64,000 nucleotides of DNA from positions 3,154-67,153 of the forward strand of contig JAHILA010000009.1 of NCBI GenBank assembly GCA_018897295.1. The letters are read 5' to 3'. The position numbers and the translations under genes are program-made. Below are positions 10,258-20,579 of the stretch, in pieces; position 1 is the stretch's first letter, and each line of letters opens with the position of its first letter. The notes beneath the pieces were generated by a model. That model saw only the letters and a program-made list of their open reading frames with translations, was not told the origin of the DNA and did no database searches. The stretch comes from Patescibacteria group bacterium. GTDB taxonomy: Bacteria; Patescibacteriota; Minisyncoccia; RBG-13-40-8-A.

Positions 10258-11880
10258 TCAATTTTTCATGAATGTAATAATTTTCTCTCCTTCGCTTAAA
10301 CCGCTTAAAATTTCAATTTCCCCTTTATTGCCGCGCAATCCAGTAGTAACTTCTGTTTCTACTATTTCCTCGCCGTCTAAAACTCTGACAAATTTTTTAC
10401 TATTTTTAGAAACAACTGCTCTTTGCGGAACATTCAAGACATTATCTCTTTTCTCTGCCTGAATTGTCGCTTCCCCTGACATTCCTGATTTTATTTTTTG
10501 TTCATCTCCTTCAAATAAAATTTTTACTTTATAATAAACAACGCTGTCAATTATGGTTTTACTTGAATCAATCTCAATAATCTGGCCAAGGAACGATTCT
10601 TCTGGAAGCGCATCCAAGATTATTAAAACTGGATCATCCATGCTTACTTTGCTGATATCTGTTTCCGGGATATCAATTTCTATTTGCAATCCTTCTGGGT
10701 TAGTTAAAGATACAATTACTTTCTCGCCAACAGTAATTACTTCTCCGATTCTTACATCTATTTTTGCAATTATCCCGTCAAAGGGTGCAATAATAGAAGC
10801 ATCGCTTAATTTTTTGCTGTATTCAGCCAAGTTTGCCTTATATTTATCAACATCTGCCTGATAAACCGCGATATCAACCACGCGTGGCGAGGCTTGCAGT
10901 TTTTCTAAATCAACTTTGGCTTTATTGTAAGCACTTTCAACTGTATTGATGTTTATTTGATTCGTAACTTTCTGATTAGCAATGTCTGCCTTGGCAGTAT
11001 TAATATTGCTGACGGCAGCATTAAGATTGACAATATTCGTATCAATTGTAGTTCTATCCGTAGTAGAAACCTTTTCCCTTGTAGATGGATCACTCATTGC
11101 GGTTTTGGTATAATCCAAAGCATCTGTGATTTTCTGGAGTGCGAGCCACATATTGTCCAAAGCCGCATCAATATTGCTATATGTCGGATTTATTTCAGAA
11201 TCATCAACATAATCTTTCGCGCCTTTTATTTTGGAAGTTCCCAAATATGCTTCTTCTGCTTTGTCATTTTTATCCCTAAAAATAACGGATAAAGAATCGC
11301 TATAATAGAAATACAATCTTTCTATATCTTTCAGGTCTGCTAATGCCTTGTTATATTTACTGGAAGAATCAATTAAATATACCAAAGCTGAACCATAATC
11401 TTGATTTAAATCATTTTCTGCCTTGTCTCGAGCATCTTCAAGAGCTATTCTGGCATTTTCTAAAACTTGCTCGCTGACTTTTATTTCCTCGCTGCTTGCG
11501 CCTGCCAAAAGCTGATCTAATTTTGCTTTTACCTGACTGTAGCTTGCCTGCGCCTGCAAATACTGGCTGTAAACAGTACCGGAATCTAAACTTACTAAAT
11601 ATACCCCCTTTTTGACCTTGTCGCCAACCTTAACCAGAATTCTTTCTACTGTACCATTGGTTTTAAACCTTAAATCAATTTCATCAATTGATTGAACCAT
11701 GCCATTGGCGGAAACTTCTTGAATCACGTCTCCTCTTGCAACGAATCCTGTCTCGTATGTCGGCTTTTCGGATTTTAAAACAGGAATTAAGATAAGAACA
11801 ATAACAATCAAAACAATACCAAGAATTATCTTGGTTTTTCTTTTTAATGTTTTAATTTTCTGCAATGAATCTTTCAACAT
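10258..11880 (-). CDS. Efflux periplasmic adaptor (MacA/HlyD-like)
   Basis: N-terminal TM, lipoyl-like halves (VKVGDKVKKG, APFDG), long helical hairpin, GLSEGE C-terminus. Confidence 0.88.
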   Translation of the reverse strand: MLKDSLQKIKTLKRKTKIILGIVLIVIVLILIPVLKSEKPTYETGFVARGDVIQEVSANGMVQSIDEIDLRFKTNGTVERILVKVGDKVKKGVYLVSLDSGTVYSQYLQAQASYSQVKAKLDQLLAGASSEEIKVSEQVLENARIALEDARDKAENDLNQDYGSALVYLIDSSSKYNKALADLKDIERLYFYYSDSLSVIFRDKNDKAEEAYLGTSKIKGAKDYVDDSEINPTYSNIDAALDNMWLALQKITDALDYTKTAMSDPSTREKVSTTDRTTIDTNIVNLNAAVSNINTAKADIANQKVTNQININTVESAYNKAKVDLEKLQASPRVVDIAVYQADVDKYKANLAEYSKKLSDASIIAPFDGIIAKIDVRIGEVITVGEKVIVSLTNPEGLQIEIDIPETDISKVSMDDPVLIILDALPEESFLGQIIEIDSSKTIIDSVVYYKVKILFEGDEQKIKSGMSGEATIQAEKRDNVLNVPQRAVVSKNSKKFVRVLDGEEIVETEVTTGLRGNKGEIEILSGLSEGEKIITFMKN

Positions 11881-12002
11881 TTTCGCAATATAGGTATTAT
11901 AAACAATTAAAATCCTCCAAGCAAGTTTTTTAAACCATATAAAAAGGAATAAAAAAAAGAGCGGGGCGCTTGCCGCCGCTCCTATTTAAATCCCGCTCCT
12001 TG

Positions 12003-12257
12003 TTATCTTAAATATAAGATAACCCTCCTCGATTCTTTGATGACGCTGTGTGTGCTGTCGCCATGTAGATTTTTGGAAAGCTCCTTGATTGCCTGAAGAG
12101 ATTTTCCGGCCAATTCTTTCCCTAGCCTTTCAACGACAGAAACAACGATAATCGGTTTCCGGTCTTTGGTAATTTTCATTTGAACAGGGATGAATCTGCC
12201 ATCCTCTTCAAAATACATCTCCAAGCCCTCGCCAAACAGATTTTTTAATTTCGTCAT
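12003..12257 (-). CDS. Small hypothetical protein
   Basis: AAGGAGG RBS before ATG 12257; hairpin plus A-run terminator at about 11951-11983. Confidence 0.6.
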   Translation of the reverse strand: MTKLKNLFGEGLEMYFEEDGRFIPVQMKITKDRKPIIVVSVVERLGKELAGKSLQAIKELSKNLHGDSTHSVIKESRRVILYLR

Positions 12258-12369
12258 TTTTCCTCCTTGAATCTTCAATATAGCATACTTCAACTAAAAA
12301 GTCAAGAAAAACAAAAAATCTCCGCAAGAGGAGAATTTTGAGAGGATAATAAAAATTAATATAGAGGTC

Positions 12370-13194
12370 CTAATACTGATAAATTGGCAAAGGTGCGACC
12401 TTGAAAATTTTTTCTGTTTTTTTGTTATATTTTTCCTCGGTTCCGTTTTTTATATGATATTCAATTCCTTTTCTCTGACAAAAATTAATAACTCTATCTG
12501 ATTGTCTTTGATAAAAATCCTTATTATTTCCATAATTCGATTTTACATTGTAGTTTAATTTTCCAAATACAATTTTATCTACAAAAGATACAGAATTTAA
12601 AACTTCCCATATATTCTGTTCCTGTAAATTAGGCGTTGGGTATGGCTCCATACTCGCCCAAGTTTTTAATCCTTTTTTGTGTAAATATTCTAATGCCTTG
12701 ATTCTTTCTTTATATGGCGCAGAATATGGTTCAAATCTTTTCTTGAAGTTTTTGCTTAAAGAAATAAGAGTTATTCCATATTCATTATTTTGCCCATATT
12801 TTTCGATATCCATTAATTCTTTTGGATAAATCCCTTTTGTTAGAACAGTGCAACGAATATTGTCTTTATTTAATCTCTCAATTATTTTCAGAGTTAAATC
12901 TGCCACCTCTGGATATTTATACATAAAAGGATCGGTCGAAAAACATAAATGGACATATTTAATTTTATTTTTATATTTGGGAATTTCTTTCTCTAATAAC
13001 TGTAAGGCATTAGATACAATCTTGGGTTTTATCCAATCCTTATAATCTTTTATTGCCCCAGTTCTCTTTTTCATCATCATGGCATAACAGGGAAAATTAC
13101 AACCATGAGCACATCCTTCCACGTGGTTAATACAAAAATCAGCATATTCAACCCCACTTCTATATAATAAGGTTTTACGGGTTATGCTTTTCAT
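12370..13194 (-). CDS. Radical SAM protein (SPL-like)
   Basis: GCAHGCNFPCYA three-Cys motif, STDP, LTKG, EP motifs. Confidence 0.8.
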   Translation of the reverse strand: MKSITRKTLLYRSGVEYADFCINHVEGCAHGCNFPCYAMMMKKRTGAIKDYKDWIKPKIVSNALQLLEKEIPKYKNKIKYVHLCFSTDPFMYKYPEVADLTLKIIERLNKDNIRCTVLTKGIYPKELMDIEKYGQNNEYGITLISLSKNFKKRFEPYSAPYKERIKALEYLHKKGLKTWASMEPYPTPNLQEQNIWEVLNSVSFVDKIVFGKLNYNVKSNYGNNKDFYQRQSDRVINFCQRKGIEYHIKNGTEEKYNKKTEKIFKVAPLPIYQY

Positions 13195-13209
13195 ATTTAT
13201 ATTATACCA

Positions 13210-14097
13210 TTATTTTGGGACTTTTAAAATTAAATTATGTTCTAATAATTTTAAAGCTTTAAGCTTCTCAAAATGTTTAAAAATGTCTTCTACAATCTTT
13301 TTGGCTTTATCATTATGCCCCGCATAAATTAAACAATAAAGTGGTGTATTCTTCGAATTTCTCATAATTAATGGCAGAGAAACATATTCAAACACAGATT
13401 TCAATCTTTTAATGAAGTATTCGCTTAGCTTCTTGCCATCAATGTAATCTTTTATCTTTATGGGCCCAAAAAGAGTAGACGCATCAATATACATTATATT
13501 CTGCCAGTCATTATTCCCCCAAAAGCGGTTCATTCTTTCTATGTGTTTTTGAGTAAGCTTACTTGGATTATTTAACAAACAAGCTCTATTTATTGCCATA
13601 ATGGGCATATTTAAAAATATCTCAATTGTTTTTATTTTAGCTGCCTGCTCTATTATTTCCCAACTTATATTCATTCCAAAGGGATCTAAAAACACTAAAA
13701 CTCTTTTAAAACTACTATATGGAAACTGCGGTATCAATTTAGTGAGAACCTCATTGCAATCATCATTTTTTATTATTATCTCTAAATCTTTAAATCGTCT
13801 TTTAATAGATTCTAGTTTTTTTATTCTCCATTTTTCTTTCTCTATAAAAAAATATGCAGTAAAAGGGTTTTTAATGCTCAAGGCGCAACATGGAGAACCA
13901 TCTATAAATCGTTTTTCATCTCTAGCTTTCGGCTTACCAGTTCCGGCGAAAGCATCAATATAATAATAACCTTTACACCACCTTTGATTCTTCATTATTT
14001 TAGTGTAAGCCTCTAAATATTTCTTTAATAAAGAAAGTTTGTCTTCTGACCATCTGCCAACTTCATCAAATTGATCTTTTTTTCTTATAATTTTCAT
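13210..14097 (-). CDS. Three-Cys-motif partner protein (TcmP-like, methyltransferase fold)
   Basis: WSEDKL..YL, YIDAFAGTG, GSP, FLDPFG motifs; directly upstream of the three-Cys radical SAM gene. Confidence 0.82.
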   Translation of the reverse strand: MKIIRKKDQFDEVGRWSEDKLSLLKKYLEAYTKIMKNQRWCKGYYYIDAFAGTGKPKARDEKRFIDGSPCCALSIKNPFTAYFFIEKEKWRIKKLESIKRRFKDLEIIIKNDDCNEVLTKLIPQFPYSSFKRVLVFLDPFGMNISWEIIEQAAKIKTIEIFLNMPIMAINRACLLNNPSKLTQKHIERMNRFWGNNDWQNIMYIDASTLFGPIKIKDYIDGKKLSEYFIKRLKSVFEYVSLPLIMRNSKNTPLYCLIYAGHNDKAKKIVEDIFKHFEKLKALKLLEHNLILKVPK

Positions 14098-14195
14098 AAA
14101 TTTTTTCCTCTCCCCGCCCCGCCAACCAATATTAGTATCTGGTAGTTAGTATTTAGTATATACGATTAATTATGTAAACTTACTCTCTTGTTTCT

Positions 14196-16883
14196 TTAAT
14201 TATTTTTTAAAATCCTGACCACTCCCTCATTCGCATCGACCTCAATCAAATCGCCGTCTTTTAAAATATCGGTGGCGATTTTTGTGCCAATAATACAGGG
14301 CTTTTTCATCTCTCTGGCCACAATTGCCGCATGACAAGTAATCCCACCTTCGTCTGTAATAAAGGCTATGGCCTTTTTCATTGCTGGAAGATACTTTGGC
14401 ATGGTCATAGCAGCAACAAGTATATCTCCTTTTTTGACTTTATCAATATCAAAAACTTTTGATACTTTTTTCACAACGCCTTTTACTTTGCCCTTATAAG
14501 CTATCTGCCCTTTAATTTCATTCCCTTTATATTGGGTTTCTCCGGAAACCGCAGATTTATTATCTTCTAATTTTATTCCTAACTTATCTAAATTCTCCTG
14601 TGGGTTTCCAGTATATACTTTTTCTTTATAATAAATAAATCCCTTTTCTCTTTCATTTATCTTTTCAATAAAATTAGGATCTTTAATTTCCCCAGACCAT
14701 ACTTCCTCTGGTAAAATAAATCTTGTTTTTCCTTTTAATTTAGGAAAAAATCTTCTTAAAGCCTCTTCAAAAATAATTTCAGGAGTTTCATTATGCCCTT
14801 GTGTCTTTTCTCTGGCATCTAGGGCAATTTTTTTTAATTCTTCATCTACAGAAAGAGTTGGAATTATAAATATAATAGCCGTATAAGACCATACAAAAGC
14901 ATAAAGTTCTTGTACTTTTCTTAACTCCTTTAAATTTTTTATTTTCTTTTTGCCAGCATAATATTGTTTTAATTGACTAAATAAATCCAAGAAATTTTTA
15001 ATTTGTCCTATCATATACTCTTTTTTCTGGCATTTTTTAAATATGCTTCCAAAAACTCTTTTTAATTCGTTGGGTTCATAGTATATACTGACTAAATCTC
15101 CTCCTTTATAAACCGCGCAGGCTTCTGTTATTCCATCCCTGACTATCTTTTTCATTCCTTCACCCATAGAATTATACCAACTAGCTAATCTAAAGAAAGA
15201 ATACTCCCTGGAGTGTTCTTTTGTGAAAACTTTTATCTGTTCGTCATCAAATTTAATATTCTCTTCTTTAATTAATTTATCTATTTCCTCCCCGACATAA
15301 AACTTGTTTTGATAATATACATATCCATTCGATCTTTCCCTAAGCTCTTTTTTGATTATTTCCCTATTTTCAAAAACTTCTTCTGGCAATATATACGGAA
15401 TTTCATTCTCCCTATATCTTCCCTTATAAATTGTTTTTAGTCCTTTTTTTAAAACATCGTCAAATATATCATCATACCTCTCTGTCTTTTCTCTAACATC
15501 CATTGAAATTTTTAAATTTTCCTTAGGAAGATAAGTTAAATTCGGCACAATAAAAACTATACCCAAAAGAGTATAATAATCTTTATATCTATTATAGAAC
15601 CAATTCAGCTCTTCTTTTGAGGTAATGGTTTTCTTTCTCTCTAAATAAGGCAAGAATTCATCAAACATTTCTAAAAATTTCTTTGTAATTTCCTTAACAA
15701 ACCTTATCGATTTTGCTTTTTTGCCAATGACTTCAAATAATTTTTCAAGATCTGTTTTATAATAATAAACCTTTACCAAATTTTCTCCTTTTTTAAAACG
15801 GATTAATGTATGAGATAATCCAATATTTCCAATAAAATCTTTAACATCAGGCGTTATACTTTTTAACCAAACTCCAACCTTGAATAAGCTCATTTCTCTA
15901 GCATGACCTTTTTCTAAAAATAACTCTATTTTTGTAATTTTATCGCCCAAGGTTGTAATCGGTCTGCTTTGAACAATATAAAATTTATTGTTGGCAAATG
16001 CCCATTCAATATCAACCGGAAAACCATAATGATTTTCTATTTTTAAAATTAACTCGGATAGTTTAAGGATTTGTTTATCAGATAAAACCTGCTTTTCTCC
16101 TATTTTTTTCGGGATTGATTTCCATTCGCTACCATTAATTTTGGCTCTATATAGACCTCTGTCCTGAATATTCACATTAATATCAATAATTCTTCTCGGT
16201 TTCTTCTCGACCACATAGCTGTCTGGCGTAACCTGACCGGAAACAATTGCTTCTCCTAAGCCAAAGCTGGCTTCAATAATCAATTGATTTTCATCCTGCG
16301 TAACCGGATGAACAGAGAAAGCAACGCCGGATATTTCGCTATCTACCATCTTTTGAACTACCACAGCTACCGAGATTTTTTGCTTGTGCAGATTTTTTTC
16401 GTATCTGTAGAATATAGCGCGCGGAGTAAATAATGAAGCCCAACACTTTTTAACATTTTCCAAAAGATTTTTCTCGGTTGTATTTAGATACGATTCCAAC
16501 TGTCCTGCCCAAGCTGCTGAAGAACTATCTTCGGCAGTGGCGCTGGAACGAACTGCTACATATTTTGCTTTTAATTGTTTAAATGATTTTTTTATTTCGT
16601 TAGAAATAATTTTTGGCATTTCTGCATTTAGAATCAGCACTTTTATTTTTTCCGAAGCGTCGTCAATTGTATGAATTTCTTTGTGATTTACATTATCTAA
16701 GATTGAATCTATCTCCACGTTTAAATCCGTCTCTTTTAAAAATTGCTCAAATGCATCAGATAAAATAATAAATCCAGGAGGAATCGGAATTCCTGCCTGG
16801 GTCATTTCTCCAAGAGATGCTCCTTTGCCGCCGGCAATAGACGCATCATTTTTATTTATTTGTTTAAAGGTTTTAATAAACAT
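14196..16883 (-). CDS. PEP synthase/rifampin phosphotransferase-like dikinase with duplicated central domain
   Basis: N-terminal ATP-grasp (GGKGASL, AVRSSATAED, DIEWA, QSRPITT) and C-terminal His-swivel (GGITCHAAIVARE); no PEP TIM barrel. Confidence 0.85.
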   Translation of the reverse strand: MFIKTFKQINKNDASIAGGKGASLGEMTQAGIPIPPGFIILSDAFEQFLKETDLNVEIDSILDNVNHKEIHTIDDASEKIKVLILNAEMPKIISNEIKKSFKQLKAKYVAVRSSATAEDSSSAAWAGQLESYLNTTEKNLLENVKKCWASLFTPRAIFYRYEKNLHKQKISVAVVVQKMVDSEISGVAFSVHPVTQDENQLIIEASFGLGEAIVSGQVTPDSYVVEKKPRRIIDINVNIQDRGLYRAKINGSEWKSIPKKIGEKQVLSDKQILKLSELILKIENHYGFPVDIEWAFANNKFYIVQSRPITTLGDKITKIELFLEKGHAREMSLFKVGVWLKSITPDVKDFIGNIGLSHTLIRFKKGENLVKVYYYKTDLEKLFEVIGKKAKSIRFVKEITKKFLEMFDEFLPYLERKKTITSKEELNWFYNRYKDYYTLLGIVFIVPNLTYLPKENLKISMDVREKTERYDDIFDDVLKKGLKTIYKGRYRENEIPYILPEEVFENREIIKKELRERSNGYVYYQNKFYVGEEIDKLIKEENIKFDDEQIKVFTKEHSREYSFFRLASWYNSMGEGMKKIVRDGITEACAVYKGGDLVSIYYEPNELKRVFGSIFKKCQKKEYMIGQIKNFLDLFSQLKQYYAGKKKIKNLKELRKVQELYAFVWSYTAIIFIIPTLSVDEELKKIALDAREKTQGHNETPEIIFEEALRRFFPKLKGKTRFILPEEVWSGEIKDPNFIEKINEREKGFIYYKEKVYTGNPQENLDKLGIKLEDNKSAVSGETQYKGNEIKGQIAYKGKVKGVVKKVSKVFDIDKVKKGDILVAAMTMPKYLPAMKKAIAFITDEGGITCHAAIVAREMKKPCIIGTKIATDILKDGDLIEVDANEGVVRILKNN

Positions 16884-16887
16884 TATT

Positions 16888-17922
16888 TTATTTTGCTTTC
16901 TTGATTATTTTAACTATTCCTTTATTCGCATCTACTTCCACTAAATCACCATCTTTAAAAACTTTGGTAGCAATTTTAGTGCCCATAATACATGGAATCT
17001 TCATCTCTCGACTAACTATCGCAGCATGACAAAGAAATCCTCCTTCATCTGAAATAATGGCCGAAGCCTTCTTAATAACTGGCAGATAGTCCGGAGTTGT
17101 CCCATGGGCAATCAAAATATCATCTTTTTTCATTTTACTAAATTCTCTAATTGATAATATTATTCTTGCCTTACCCCTAACTTTTCCTTTATATGCTGTA
17201 ATACCTTTTATTTCAGTTGTATCTTTTTTTTCAAATCTAAATCTTTTTATTTGTTTAAATTCGCTGATTGTTTTTTTATTAGTAACTACAATATCTTCAA
17301 ATAGAATAAACTCCTTAAGTTTTGGTTTGTACCTTTTTAAATAAGCTGGTAAAAATCTATTTTTTAGCAAGTAATTGTCCATTTCACCGCCAGGAGTGAA
17401 TAGTTTTTCAGTTTTAATCCTTGCCTGCTCGCATTTTTTTACCAACAACTTATCTTTTATAGGAATTTTTAAATCTTTGGCTAAATAAGGAATTATGAAT
17501 GTTAAAGCTTCAAATGCTAATATTTCTGACGCTAAATAAAAAACCTTTGAATCAGAAGTTTTATTTGAGGCATTTCCATTGGAAACAGATTTAAACTCTC
17601 TGACCTTCTCATAGTAATCTATTATTCTTTGATGCAGGATTTTATTACCAGTATTTGAATTTATCTTCTTAACAAGACAGCCGGTGAATCGTTTAAAATT
17701 GACAAAAAACTCATATAAATTTCTGGAATTCTTATAAATCAAAACATTCTTATAAATCAGGCAGCCACTTTCCCTTTTTAATAAACGGGTATAAGCATGA
17801 TAGATTGCAAACAAATAAGGAAAACTATATGGCCTTAAAAATATTAAAGAAGTACTCTTATGAGTTAAAAATTGATTTATTCTCTTGTCTATATCTTTAA
17901 TATCCATTTTACCTACCTTCAT
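16888..17922 (-). CDS. PEP-utilizer mobile (His-swivel) domain protein
   Basis: C-terminal GGFLCHAAIVSRE; no ATP-grasp domain. Confidence 0.8.
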   Translation of the reverse strand: MKVGKMDIKDIDKRINQFLTHKSTSLIFLRPYSFPYLFAIYHAYTRLLKRESGCLIYKNVLIYKNSRNLYEFFVNFKRFTGCLVKKINSNTGNKILHQRIIDYYEKVREFKSVSNGNASNKTSDSKVFYLASEILAFEALTFIIPYLAKDLKIPIKDKLLVKKCEQARIKTEKLFTPGGEMDNYLLKNRFLPAYLKRYKPKLKEFILFEDIVVTNKKTISEFKQIKRFRFEKKDTTEIKGITAYKGKVRGKARIILSIREFSKMKKDDILIAHGTTPDYLPVIKKASAIISDEGGFLCHAAIVSREMKIPCIMGTKIATKVFKDGDLVEVDANKGIVKIIKKAK

Positions 17923-18790
17923 TAATAACTTCTTCCAATAGCTCTTTATTTATATTTTTACTAAACTCAAAAATTATGTCTCCGTCTTTTTCTTTTTTAT
18001 AGTCAATCCAAATCTCTGGGATTCCTGGCTTTCTGTTTAATATTTTGATATCAAATCCCTCAGTAAAATCAAATCCTTGATTATCTAAAGCTTTAATAAA
18101 TTCATCTCTTTCTTCTCTGTCTTTAGTTTTATCAATGATTTTTGCTAGAAATGATTCGGTAACACCCAAATGCGAAGCTAAAAATCGTTCTAAGGTATCC
18201 GAATATTTTTTCTCTTTATCTTGCACTAATACATCCCATTTAGGCGCAATGTTTAAATATTTTAAAATAATTCCAGATATTTTTGCTGCGGCCTTAGAAT
18301 AAGTAAGGTTTTCATTATCATTCAACTTTTCAGCCAGTTTATCGCTTTGCTCAACAATAAATTTTAACCCCTCGCTTTTTTTAAAAGCTGAAAAAACTTC
18401 TTGGACATATTTAGAATCCCAATCTCCTACAGGAAAATCTAATCTTTCGTCCACGGCTATTTTAGAGCCAACCTTTATCTTCTTATCCAGTTTTTCCTTT
18501 AATCCCTCTAATGATTCTTTTCCTGTAATTTCTTCTTGCTTTCCAGCCATTACAAAACCAGCAGTTTCTTGGGCTCTTTTCCTGGGGCTGCCAAAAGCCA
18601 CGGCTTGTTCTATGTCTTGTATTTTGCTTTTTTTAATTGCTTGCTCTCTGCCAGTTGCTGTTAGTCTACGCTCGAAATCACTTTTCTCCTTATTTCCTGG
18701 TTCTTGTTCGGCATGGCGAAAAAATTTTAAAACAATCCGGGAAGTAAATCTTTCCGGTGATTTTTCTTTTTCAAAATTAAAGTTATTCAT
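17909..18790 (-). CDS. Histidine phosphatase superfamily protein
   Basis: FFRHA, LTATG, SPRKRAQET and late SH motifs. Confidence 0.75.
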   Translation of the reverse strand: MNNFNFEKEKSPERFTSRIVLKFFRHAEQEPGNKEKSDFERRLTATGREQAIKKSKIQDIEQAVAFGSPRKRAQETAGFVMAGKQEEITGKESLEGLKEKLDKKIKVGSKIAVDERLDFPVGDWDSKYVQEVFSAFKKSEGLKFIVEQSDKLAEKLNDNENLTYSKAAAKISGIILKYLNIAPKWDVLVQDKEKKYSDTLERFLASHLGVTESFLAKIIDKTKDREERDEFIKALDNQGFDFTEGFDIKILNRKPGIPEIWIDYKKEKDGDIIFEFSKNINKELLEEVINEGR

Positions 18791-18848
18791 ATTTTTATTA
18801 GATTTATATTGATTAGTTAATTATCCTTAATTATTAAAAATTTTTATT

Positions 18849-20531
18849 CTACACCTCAATTATCACTGGCAAAACCATTGGTCTTCTGCGGGTTTTGCTG
18901 TATAAAAACTGGCCTATTTTATCCCGTAAATTATCTTTGACATACACCCAATTAATCGGCACTCCAGCAACAGTTGTATGCTCAACGATTTCTTTAACTT
19001 TCTTACGCGCCTCAGCCAATAATTCTTTTGATTCCTTCATATAAATAAATCCTCGGGAAATTATGTCGGGGCTATTTTTAACTTTGCCGGTTTGCCTGTC
19101 AATTGTGGCTATAATCACAAACATCCCATCTTCAGCCATTGTCTGGCGGTCACGCAAAACAATGTGGCCAATGTCGCCAATGCCCAATCCATCCACAAAA
19201 ACATAATTAGTGTCGGCTTTTTTGTTTAAAATTTTAGCTCTTTTGTTTTGGAATTCAATTATTGAACCATTATCCAGAACGAATATTTTTTCCTTAGGAA
19301 TCCCGACTTGCATTGCCAGTTTTGCTGCTTCTTTCAGGAAATAATGATTGGCATAAACCGGCAAAAAGAAATCCGGTTTGATTTGTTTTATTATTTCTTT
19401 AATACTTTCAGCATTGGAATGTCCGCTAATATGAACATCCATTATATTATTATGTACAACATTATCGCACTTGCGATAAAGCCCGTCTTTTAATCGTTGA
19501 ATTGTTCTTTCGTTTCCAGGAATTACTGATGATGAAAAAATTATTGTATCATTTTTCTTAACACGGATAAATCTATGTTCGTTGGTGATTATACGCGATA
19601 AAACTGCATTACCTTCACCCTGCGCCCCGGTACAAATAACTATAATCTTGTTTTCTGGATATTTGCGGATGTCATTCACAGGAATCAATACTCCTTCACC
19701 AGTTTTTATATATCCCAATTTTTGGGCTATCTCAATATTCATTTTCATGCTATAGCCGTCAAGAATAACCTTTTTACCGATTCCTCTGACATATTCAATA
19801 ATATGGCCGATTCTTTTTATCTGGGAAGAAAAAGTGCCGATAATTACTTTGCCCGTCGCCTCCTTGATGAGTTTTTCCAAATTGGCGTTCATATCCTTTT
19901 CTGAAACCAATTCACGATTGGTATCAAGCGATCCTAAGCTTTCAAGCATCAAAATTCTTGGTTTTGGCAATAAAGACAAATGGTTATAGGTAATTGCCTG
20001 CTGATTGTCTGATTTTTTCTCCATTGTCCAATCACCCGGATGAATCACTGTTCCGTCCGGTGTATTAATCACAACGCCAACTGCATCCATAATTGAGTGC
20101 TCCACATTAAAGAAACTAATTTTAAATCTGCCTAAATTAAGCCGGTCATTAACTGATTTAATTTTTATTGTTTTCAGATGTTTTATTGATTCCTTGGAAT
20201 ACTCCTCCATCCTTCTTTCAATCATGGCAATGGTCAAGTCCCTGCCAATAATCGGCGGGAAGCCAAGCTTCTTCAAAAGCAGGGGAGCTGCGCCAATGTG
20301 GTCAAGATGTCCGTGGCTGAAAATTACTCCGCGGATATTTTTTTCTCTACCTTTTAAATAGTTGACATTAGGAATTATAAAATCGATACCTGGCATGTTT
20401 TCTTCCGGAAATTGAATGCCCATATCCAAAATAACAATATCATCGCCATATTCAAAAACAGTCATATTTCTGCCAACTTCTTCCATCCCGCCAAGCGGGA
20501 TAATTCTTAATTTGTTTTTTTGTTTTTCCAT
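18849..20531 (-). CDS. rnj: Ribonuclease J
   Basis: PLGGMEEVGRNM, HGHLDHIG, GAQGE, HISGH, RRPMVLP. Confidence 0.96.
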   Translation of the reverse strand: MEKQKNKLRIIPLGGMEEVGRNMTVFEYGDDIVILDMGIQFPEENMPGIDFIIPNVNYLKGREKNIRGVIFSHGHLDHIGAAPLLLKKLGFPPIIGRDLTIAMIERRMEEYSKESIKHLKTIKIKSVNDRLNLGRFKISFFNVEHSIMDAVGVVINTPDGTVIHPGDWTMEKKSDNQQAITYNHLSLLPKPRILMLESLGSLDTNRELVSEKDMNANLEKLIKEATGKVIIGTFSSQIKRIGHIIEYVRGIGKKVILDGYSMKMNIEIAQKLGYIKTGEGVLIPVNDIRKYPENKIIVICTGAQGEGNAVLSRIITNEHRFIRVKKNDTIIFSSSVIPGNERTIQRLKDGLYRKCDNVVHNNIMDVHISGHSNAESIKEIIKQIKPDFFLPVYANHYFLKEAAKLAMQVGIPKEKIFVLDNGSIIEFQNKRAKILNKKADTNYVFVDGLGIGDIGHIVLRDRQTMAEDGMFVIIATIDRQTGKVKNSPDIISRGFIYMKESKELLAEARKKVKEIVEHTTVAGVPINWVYVKDNLRDKIGQFLYSKTRRRPMVLPVIIEV

Positions 20532-20579
20532 TTTATTTTAATAAGTTTAAAAATTAATTTCTTAATGAATCGGGCTGTA

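Noticed and set aside
14153-14180. dif-like site (TTATGTAAACT)
   Set aside because: Only the XerD-like arm matches; the XerC arm is unconvincing in an AT-rich context.
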